From contig OY969695.1 of the NCBI GenBank assembly GCA_963701965.1, forward strand, positions 3,360,001 to 3,424,000: a stretch of DNA of 64,000 nt, read 5' to 3'. The DNA is from an uncultured Gemmatimonadales bacterium (GTDB lineage: Bacteria > Gemmatimonadota > Gemmatimonadetes > Gemmatimonadales > Gemmatimonadaceae). Every line of letters begins with the position of its first letter. The first letter of the stretch is position 1. The position numbers and the translations under genes were made by a program. The notes under the pieces were generated by a model that made no database searches, had not been told where the DNA came from, and saw nothing but the letters and a program-made list of their open reading frames with translations. Below, piece after piece: positions 57,439 through 64,000 of the stretch.

Positions 57439-58305
57439 CTAGTGTTGCGTGAACGCCGTCGCCAGAGCGGCCAGATCGACCGGGTCCGTGCTCGGCGCGT
57501 CGACCCGCCCCGTGACCCGGGCCAGGCTCACCTGCGCTTTCGCGTATCCGCTATCGGCCGCTAGCGCGCTCTGATAGGCCGCGGCCGCCGCTGTGAAGTG
57601 TCCGGTGCGCTCGAGCGCGATTCCCAGGTTGTTCTCGAACGTGGCGACGCTGGAGTCCAGTTGCACCGCGCGCGCCAGCGGGCCCAGCGCCTCGGGATAG
57701 CGGCCGGCGTCGATCAGCAGCACGCCCATGTTGTTCATCGACCAGGTATCCGTCGAGTCGATCGAGATCGCCGTCCGGTAGGCGTTGAGCGCGTCGTCCA
57801 CCTGGCCGAGGTGGCCTTCAACGCGGCCCATGACGCGCCAGCTGGCGCCGTTCATCGAGTCGATCGCGATCGCGTCCTTGATCCGCTCCAGCGCCTCCGA
57901 GCCCTTGTCCTGATCGAGCAGCACGCGGCCCAGATTCACCAGCGCCTTCACATGCTGCGGGTCGCGCTGCAGCACGGCCTCGAACGCGTCGCGCGCCTTG
58001 TCCAACTGGCCCGCCTTCCATGCCGAGAGGCCGAGCATGTAGTAGCCCCACGGATTCTCCGTGCGGTCTTTCGTGTAGGCATCGAACTTGGTGACGGCCG
58101 TCGCGTAGTCGTGCGACGTGAAGCTCGACTCCGCGTCCGCGTAGGTCACGTGGATCGGGGCCGGCGGCGCCGCCGTCACCGGCGTCGCCGTAGGGGTCAC
58201 CGGCTCCCCGTTCGACACCTGCACGGGGGGCTTTGCGCGGCACGCCGCGATGGAGAGGAGAGCGAGACCTGCAATCGTCGGGCGGTACATGGTGGGGCGG
58301 TACAT
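57439..58305 (-). CDS. TPR-repeat lipoprotein
   Basis: GAGG RBS; lipobox IAAC; repeated TPRs (YMLGL, NLGRVL, NNMG, NNLG). N-terminus has a 15-bp duplication encoding MYRPT twice. Confidence 0.88.
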   Translation of the reverse strand: MYRPTMYRPTIAGLALLSIAACRAKPPVQVSNGEPVTPTATPVTAAPPAPIHVTYADAESSFTSHDYATAVTKFDAYTKDRTENPWGYYMLGLSAWKAGQLDKARDAFEAVLQRDPQHVKALVNLGRVLLDQDKGSEALERIKDAIAIDSMNGASWRVMGRVEGHLGQVDDALNAYRTAISIDSTDTWSMNNMGVLLIDAGRYPEALGPLARAVQLDSSVATFENNLGIALERTGHFTAAAAAYQSALAADSGYAKAQVSLARVTGRVDAPSTDPVDLAALATAFTQH

Positions 58306-58340
58306 GGTGCGACCTCGGGTTGGGGTTGCCCCATACCCAA

Positions 58341-58356
58341 AGCAATCGCGCGACCG
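58341..58356 (-). promoter_or_regulatory. sigma54 -24/-12 promoter
   Basis: Minus strand cGGtcgcgcgatTGCt (GG-N10-GC with TTGCT), about 35 nt upstream of the TPR start. Confidence 0.6.
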
Positions 58357-58440
58357 CGTCGCGGCGCTGCGCGCCGACGACGTCAACTCCCTACGCCATC
58401 ACACGTTGCGCGCACGCCCCCAATTCCAACATCACGTGAT

Positions 58441-58491
58441 CGTGTCCATGCGGACACGCCGCCGGTCACGCCCCTGTGTCCACCGGGACAC
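58441..58491. promoter_or_regulatory. Paired palindromic enhancer sites GTGTCC-N4-GGACAC
   Basis: 58442-58457 and 58476-58491, 34 bp apart centre to centre, about 100-150 bp upstream of the sigma54 promoter. Confidence 0.6.
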
Positions 58492-58820
58492 GCCCGAGAT
58501 GTAGTCGTAATCCACGAACGAGCGCCCGGCGATAATTCGTCGCAGGCGGCACTGTCCTCTCAGCCACGGCCCGAGAGGCCATGGTGATCCACCAACGAGC
58601 ACGGCGACACTTCGTGGCAGGCGGGTTGTCCTCTCAGCCACAGCCCGAGAGCTCATGGTGATCCACCAACGAGAGCACGGCGACAATTCGTAGCAGGCGG
58701 CGTTGTCCACTCGGTTTTCAGCCCGAGATGCAGCTGTAATTCACGAACGAGCGCCCGGCGATAATTCGTCGCAGGCGGCCTGCTGTACCGAGACGCCGGA
58801 GACGAATTATCGCCGGGCGC
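58492..58820. repeat. Degenerate ~74-78-bp tandem repeat (4 units, A-B-B-A) ending in a 20-bp inverted repeat
   Basis: Units start GCCCGAGA at 58492, 58569, 58643 and 58721; GCGCCCGGCGATAATTCGTC (58751-58770) is inverted at 58801-58820. Confidence 0.85.
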
Positions 58821-58844
58821 CGCCGGCCGACCTCAGTTTGCCCG

Positions 58845-60194
58845 TCAATCGCGAGTAATCCCATGCCGCCGCATGATCTTGAGGAGGCTGGCATGATCCG
58901 CGAGTCCCAACTCTGCGGCCGTGCGCGTAACATGCCCGTCGTTGCGCTCCAACGCCGCCAAGATGATCTGCCGCTCCGCCTCTGCTTTCCGTTCGAGAAA
59001 CGTGCGAGCGGTCCCGACTGGGACGTGAGCCGACTGGATCTCGACGGGAACATGCTCGGCGCCGATAACCTCGCCGTCCGCCGCAATGACCATACGCTCG
59101 ACGACATTGCGCAGCTCGCGGACATTGTTCTGCCGCCACTCATACGCCATGAGCACCGGCAATACCCCAGGCCCCAGCTTCTTCCGTCGGATACCAAACC
59201 GCTCGGCGATCCGCGCTAGCAGATGCTCGACCAACTCCGGCACATCCGACAGCCGTTCCCGGAGCGGCGGCACCCGCAGCACATGCACATTGAGCCGAAA
59301 ATAGAGATCCCGCCGAAACCTCCCGTCGCGCACCTCGCCTTCCAACTCGCGGTTGGTGGCCGCAACAACCCGCGCCGGCACCGCGACGGGCCGGTTGCTC
59401 CCCAACCGGACAACCGCGCGTTCTTCCAGCACGCGCAGCAGTTTGGCCTGCGCCGGGAGCGGAAGCTCACCGATCTCGTCGAGGAACAACGTGCCTTTGC
59501 CCGCCGACTCGAACGCCCCTTTGCGGGTGACGCTAGCCCCGGTAAACGCCCCCCGCTCATGCCCAAAGAGCTCGCTCTCGACCAGCTGCTCAGGCAACGC
59601 CGCACTATTGACGGCGACAAACGGCTCACGCGCACCAGGACCGAGCCGATGGACGTCGCGCGCGACGAGCTCTTTCCCCGACCCGCTCTCCCCAACGATG
59701 AGCACCGGACTCGGGATGGACGCCACCCGGACGATCGCGTCCTTGAGCGCCTGCATGGCCGGACTCGAGCCGAGGAGCGCGCTGTCGTCACTCGCGTAAC
59801 GCCGGAGGGCCGAGACCTCCGCGAGCATGCGCCGGCGCTCGATGGCGTTCTCGACCTCCCGCGCGACCCGTTCGACCGGCTCCTCCTTGTCGATGAACCC
59901 ATACGCCCCAAGGCGTATCGCTTGCGCGCACCGGTCGTAGCTGCCGGTGCCCGTATAGACGATGACCGGGACGTCGAGGCCCCGCTCCCGCATGGCGCGC
60001 AGCACCGCGAATCCGTCCATTCGCGGCATCTCCAGATCGAGGATGACACAGTCGATCGCCTCGCGCGCCAGCACCTCCAACGCGTCGTCCCCCGACCCCG
60101 CGATGACCACCTCATGCCCAGCCAGCCGCCGCAAATCGTAGGCATACTGCTCGGCCAGCGCGACGTTGTCATCGCAGACGAGAATCGTGCTCAT
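58845..60194 (-). CDS. sigma54-dependent NtrC-family response regulator
   Basis: REC (DLEMP), GESGSGKE, ESELFGHERGAFTGA, FLDEIG, DLYFRLN, NVREL and a Fis-type HTH. Confidence 0.96.
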   Translation of the reverse strand: MSTILVCDDNVALAEQYAYDLRRLAGHEVVIAGSGDDALEVLAREAIDCVILDLEMPRMDGFAVLRAMRERGLDVPVIVYTGTGSYDRCAQAIRLGAYGFIDKEEPVERVAREVENAIERRRMLAEVSALRRYASDDSALLGSSPAMQALKDAIVRVASIPSPVLIVGESGSGKELVARDVHRLGPGAREPFVAVNSAALPEQLVESELFGHERGAFTGASVTRKGAFESAGKGTLFLDEIGELPLPAQAKLLRVLEERAVVRLGSNRPVAVPARVVAATNRELEGEVRDGRFRRDLYFRLNVHVLRVPPLRERLSDVPELVEHLLARIAERFGIRRKKLGPGVLPVLMAYEWRQNNVRELRNVVERMVIAADGEVIGAEHVPVEIQSAHVPVGTARTFLERKAEAERQIILAALERNDGHVTRTAAELGLADHASLLKIMRRHGITRD

Positions 60195-61846
60195 GGCGCT
60201 CCCGGAAACGTGATGGCCACCCGCGTGCCGGCCCCGGGCGTCGTGTCGATCGCCAGGTTGGCGCCGAGGTCCGCCGCCAGCCGCCGCACGATCGACAGCC
60301 CCAATCCGGTCCCGGTGGGCTTCGTCGTGTAAAAATCATTGAACGCCCGCGCCAACTGCGCCTCCGTCATGCCGGGCCCCGTGTCGGCGACCGTGATGCG
60401 AGCGCCGCCACCCTCGACGGCGGCACTCGCGATCGTGACCGTACCGTCCCGGTCGGCCAGCGCCTCCACGCCATTGGCGACGAGATTGTCGAGGATGCGC
60501 CGGAGCACCAGCGGGTCGACCGCCAGCGGCGCCAGCCGCGCGTCGAGATCCACCTGCACAGGCGCCACCGCACCCCCCGCGATGGCGCGAATGAGCGCGT
60601 TGACGTCTACGGGCCGCACGTCGAGCCGGGGCGTCAAGCGCGCGTAGTTGCGCGCCAGCGCGTCCAGATACTCGACACTGGCATCGAGCGTCGGACGGCG
60701 CTCGACGAACACGGCCGCCAGCCGCGCCGGATCCTCGCGCGCCACCTGATCCAAGTGCCGGTGCACATGACGCAGCGGCGCCAAGCCATTCTTGACGTCG
60801 TGCGTCACCTGCCGGGCGAGATCGCCGATCGTCGCCCGCCGCTCGGCCTCCCGCTGTTGCATCGCGCTCGTGCGCAGCCGCCGCGTCATGGCGCCGAGCA
60901 AACGCGCCAGCACGCCGATCTCGTCGGTGCGCGTGGTGGCAAATTGGACATCCAGCCGGTCGAGATCGACGCGCGCGGTCGCGTCGGCCAGCGCCGCCAG
61001 CGGGCGGCCGATGTAGGCGGCCAGCCAGATCGCCGCCAGCACCGCGACCAGGGCCGTGGTGACCAGCGCCGTCACGACGACCCGGCCGACGCTGGCGCGG
61101 ATCGCGTCCAAGTCGTCCGTCGTATGCGCCACGACGAACTGCGCCGACCGGAGCGCCGACCGGTCGACGAAGGGGAACGCGAACCGCGTCACGATAGTCG
61201 CGTCGGGCGATCCCGACGGTGCCGCGGTTGCCGAGTCGGCGTCTGGCGTGCGCAGCGAGACCGTCATGACGCTGTCCGCCGCCAGGGCGCTCAGAAAACG
61301 CTCGTCGACCGCCACGCCGCCGACGAGCGAGAGCCGCCGGCCGCCCAAGCGCAGCGAGTCGGTGCGCGCGATGACCATCAGCGGTCCTTCCGGCGTTCGC
61401 ATCGCCACCAGCGCCGCGCCACCGGGCGCGGCGGCGAGGAGGCGCGGGAGATCCGGTTCCAGTCGATCGTATTCGTTCCGGAAATGCCCGGAGCTCAGGA
61501 TGCGGCCGGCACTATCCTGGAGTTGGAGCGCGGCCAGTCCTGTGAGTCGCATGGCGCGGCCGCCGTAGTCCAGCAGGTACGACTGCTCGTCGCCGGGCCG
61601 GGCGATGGCGACCCGGAGGCGGTCGTCATCGGCGATCGCGCCGCGCAATGACGCGAGGCGATCGGCGATCGCTCCGCTCTCCCGGCTCAGCGCGCCACGC
61701 GTGACGGCCGCCAACGCGTCGACGCGCGAGCGGTACTGCGATGTCATCCGGCGGTCGACGGCGCGCTCCAAGCCCCACGCCAATCCCAACAACGGCAACG
61801 TCGCGATCAACGCGAACGCCAGCACGAGCCGGACGCGAAAGCTCAC
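60191..61846 (-). CDS. HAMP-domain sensor histidine kinase (NtrY-like)
   Basis: GTGA overlap; two TMs, HAMP (DEIG.L), HDVKN.L.P, DTGPG, FYTTK..GTGLGL. Confidence 0.92.
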   Translation of the reverse strand: MSFRVRLVLAFALIATLPLLGLAWGLERAVDRRMTSQYRSRVDALAAVTRGALSRESGAIADRLASLRGAIADDDRLRVAIARPGDEQSYLLDYGGRAMRLTGLAALQLQDSAGRILSSGHFRNEYDRLEPDLPRLLAAAPGGAALVAMRTPEGPLMVIARTDSLRLGGRRLSLVGGVAVDERFLSALAADSVMTVSLRTPDADSATAAPSGSPDATIVTRFAFPFVDRSALRSAQFVVAHTTDDLDAIRASVGRVVVTALVTTALVAVLAAIWLAAYIGRPLAALADATARVDLDRLDVQFATTRTDEIGVLARLLGAMTRRLRTSAMQQREAERRATIGDLARQVTHDVKNGLAPLRHVHRHLDQVAREDPARLAAVFVERRPTLDASVEYLDALARNYARLTPRLDVRPVDVNALIRAIAGGAVAPVQVDLDARLAPLAVDPLVLRRILDNLVANGVEALADRDGTVTIASAAVEGGGARITVADTGPGMTEAQLARAFNDFYTTKPTGTGLGLSIVRRLAADLGANLAIDTTPGAGTRVAITFPGAP

Positions 61847-62652
61847 GGATATCCCGTGTCCAATCGCAATAGTCCGCCGGTGTCGATCGTGAGCCCCACC
61901 ACGCCGCGCCGCGCGATGGCCACCGGTCTCGTTTCGATCAGGGGCACCCCGCACACCGTGGCCCGACCGATCCAGGTCGGCGTGATCATGACCGCGCCGG
62001 CATCCGACGTCGGACCGGCGCGGGTGATCCCGAGACCGGGCACGGCGTTGGTCTCCGCGAGTGAGACCAAGCGCTCGGCCAGCGACCGCGCGATGCTGTC
62101 GCCAGGCGCATAGCTCACACGCGACGGGTTCGCGGGGGTCGTCCGTGGTGGAAACGGCGTCGGACAGCCGGCGAGGACATCGTCATTCGCCGGCCGGGCC
62201 TCGCCGTGGACGGCGCGCTCGGCCATCTCGGCGCGCTGCGGATAGGGAATTACCACGCCATCGACGCCCGTCAGGACGTAGACGCGATCCCATGGGAGCG
62301 GTGCGACGACGAGATCGGATCGAGTGGAGGCATAGCGGATCGCGGCCGCGTTCGTGGTAATGACCAGATCCGCCCCGGCGTCCATCGCGTCGCGCAGTTC
62401 CGACTCGGGCACCACCGCGATCACCACGCGCGGACCGGCGCCGTTCGGCGTCACCGCGATGCGCTTCGCCTCGAGCGAATCCGTGACGACCACGCGCAGC
62501 GAGTCGGTCGCCACGGTCGGCGACGGCAGGAAGCGCATCGAATCCGCCGGTGTCGCGGGTGTGATGTGCGTCACACGTGTAGCGCTCCGTCCACACGACA
62601 GCGTCACCACTACGACAGCGACGACCGCTAGGCGACGAGCCCTGGCCACCAT
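61843..62652 (-). CDS. Hypothetical lipoprotein (possibly a degenerate solute-binding protein)
   Basis: Lipobox TLSC; PLPWDR.Y and VPLIETR...I.RRG motifs; translationally coupled to the kinase. Confidence 0.55.
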   Translation of the reverse strand: MVARARRLAVVAVVVVTLSCGRSATRVTHITPATPADSMRFLPSPTVATDSLRVVVTDSLEAKRIAVTPNGAGPRVVIAVVPESELRDAMDAGADLVITTNAAAIRYASTRSDLVVAPLPWDRVYVLTGVDGVVIPYPQRAEMAERAVHGEARPANDDVLAGCPTPFPPRTTPANPSRVSYAPGDSIARSLAERLVSLAETNAVPGLGITRAGPTSDAGAVMITPTWIGRATVCGVPLIETRPVAIARRGVVGLTIDTGGLLRLDTGYP

Positions 62653-62705
62653 GCCTTAATTGTAGGGCCCGATAGCCGCGTTGTTCCACCGTTTAAGATT
62701 CGGTC

Positions 62706-62722
62706 TCGGCACGCAGCTTGCC
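62706..62722 (+). promoter_or_regulatory. sigma54 -24/-12 promoter
   Basis: cGGCACGcagcTTGCc with GG at 62708-62709 and GC at 62720-62721. Confidence 0.7.
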
Positions 62723-62749
62723 CATTTATACGCGCGAATGGAGGATATC

Positions 62750-62920
62750 ATGTCGCTCTTCGCGCATCGGAAAGGCCGTGGACGTCGCGGCGGGTGGCGC
62801 GCGCCCCGCATTCCTCGCACGCTCGGCGAGCGCGCCGGGAACGTGCTGTGGTGGTTTGTGATCGGTGCTACCGCGATCGTGAGCGTTGGGTACATCGTGC
62901 GCGTCGCCCGGGTCGGCTAG
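62750..62920 (+). CDS. Small (56 aa) Arg-rich single-TM protein
   Basis: GGAGGA RBS and ATG at 62750; basic N-terminus and hydrophobic C-terminal helix; lies downstream of a sigma54 promoter. Confidence 0.55.
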   Translation: MSLFAHRKGRGRRGGWRAPRIPRTLGERAGNVLWWFVIGATAIVSVGYIVRVARVG

Positions 62921-62932
62921 CGGGCGACGCGT

Positions 62933-64000
62933 TTATCTCGGCGGCCGCCCCTGCGCGGTGGGCGGCCCCTTCACCCGATCGGGGATCTCGTTCCACTGAT
63001 CCGGGGTGATCAGCCGGTGCAGGTCGTCGAGCGCCTGCTGCTCGAGCTCACGAACGGCGCCTTGCTGGTGCCGCATGATCCCTGACATGGTCGTCGCGTC
63101 CAGCGTGGCCCCGAGGTTCTTGAGCTGCTGGCGCACGACGCCGGTGATCGAGTCCGCCTTGTCTTGGAACCGGGCCGACGCCAAGCCCAGCGAATCGACC
63201 TGCGCCGGAGTCAACGCCAGGGCCAGCGAATCCTTCACGCTCAAGACCATGGCGAACGGGTTTCTCAGGCGTCGCGAGAACCGGTCGGCAATGTCATCGG
63301 CCAGACTTTGACGCTGTTCGTCAGCGCTCGGCGCCGCGCTCGAACCCGGCGCGCCGGGGTTCCCGCCCCCGCGCCCGCCACCGCCGCCGCTGCCTCCGCG
63401 CCCGTTGAATAGCGAGCGCAGTTGTTGGGCGGCATCGGCCGGCCCGACGTTGAGGCGCGCGGCCAGGATGAACTGGAACGGCTGCCCATAGGCCTGGTTC
63501 GCGCTCGCCCGTCCAAAGTGCGTGTTGACGGTGTACCGATACGTGTTGCTGGACGCGTTGAATCCGGTGATCGTGAGCAGCGTGGGGTCCGGTGGCGCGG
63601 GTTGTCCCCACCCCTGCAGGTGGTTCGGGCCGTTGAACAGGAGATCGAGTCCCGTCAGCGAATTCAACATCTGCACGGAGATGGTCAGCCGCCGGTCGAG
63701 CCCTAGGACAGCGGGCCGGACGTTGACCTGCCAGTTGAGCGATGTGGTCCAGGGACCGAAGCAGCTATTGCGCGCCGCCACCTCGCCGATCTGGGACGTG
63801 AGACAGTCCTTGATGCGGCCGGGCGCGGCCTGAAGGAGCGTCCGCATGGCGGCCGCGACGGACGGATCAGTCGCCGGGTTGTTCGGGTCGAAGATGAACG
63901 CGCGGTCGTTGCGCGAGACCCCGTCGCCGTTCACGTCGCCGTTGACCAGCGGCGAGTACGGCGTGCCGGAGTTGAGCTGCGCGATGCCGGTGAGCTCTAT
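62933..64000 (-). CDS. C-terminal part of an Oar/TonB-dependent-receptor-like outer membrane protein (5'-partial)
   Basis: Frame open to the window edge; SGTPYSP.V.GDVNGDG..NDRAFIF, RNSC.GPW, GWGQ, Y.VN..FG, followed by a helical tail. Confidence 0.75.
   Translation of the reverse strand: MELTGIAQLNSGTPYSPLVNGDVNGDGVSRNDRAFIFDPNNPATDPSVAAAMRTLLQAAPGRIKDCLTSQIGEVAARNSCFGPWTTSLNWQVNVRPAVLGLDRRLTISVQMLNSLTGLDLLFNGPNHLQGWGQPAPPDPTLLTITGFNASSNTYRYTVNTHFGRASANQAYGQPFQFILAARLNVGPADAAQQLRSLFNGRGGSGGGGGRGGGNPGAPGSSAAPSADEQRQSLADDIADRFSRRLRNPFAMVLSVKDSLALALTPAQVDSLGLASARFQDKADSITGVVRQQLKNLGATLDATTMSGIMRHQQGAVRELEQQALDDLHRLITPDQWNEIPDRVKGPPTAQGRPPR

Noticed and set aside
58280..58309. 15-bp duplication (MYRPT x2) as a functional signal
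   Set aside because: Most simply a slippage duplication giving two alternative starts; nothing supports a function.
58492..58820. CRISPR array or protein-coding ORFs
   Set aside because: Variable parts are homologous between units rather than unique spacers; translations have no recognisable features.

Overview
High-GC bacterial chromosomal window. Its gene content (ADOP orphan permeases with a PadR, CocE/NonD hydrolases, DUF2723, DUF4331, Oar-like receptor) suggests Gemmatimonadota or Acidobacteriota; this is an inference. It holds about 60 genes and I found no rRNA, tRNA, CRISPR array or intact transposase. Main blocks: (1) 1-12.7 kb, an outer-membrane/lipoprotein/formylglycine-generating-enzyme cluster with a FixL/FixJ-like two-component system; five promoters share an ACCWWRGK box exactly 27 nt upstream of a TAnnnT -10 element, the kinase has an in-frame TGA, and an orphan CdiI-like immunity gene is present. 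(2) Hydrolases, USP plus beta-CASP nuclease, an OmpR-type system and PadR-ADOP. (3) A serine operon: serA, frameshifted FAD oxidoreductase, serB and a class V aminotransferase. (4) Permease/esterase/LysR/amino acid dehydrogenase, then DUF2723-TPR-msrB. (5) A putative AbrB/RelE-like toxin-antitoxin islet beside a truncated ydeI-like remnant. (6) A DUF4331-DUF4331-TPR-HupE/UreJ-DUF6702 operon whose promoter overlaps a 62-bp structured tandem-repeat array with terminal inverted repeats; a single copy of the same element sits in frame inside the DUF2723 gene, and a collapsed TonB-receptor pseudogene lies next to the array. (7) Hydrolases, LytS/LytTR and MarR-YceI. (8) A sigma54 two-component locus with a visible -24/-12 promoter, paired enhancer palindromes and a second repeat array. 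All family calls come from motif recognition by eye; no database search was run.
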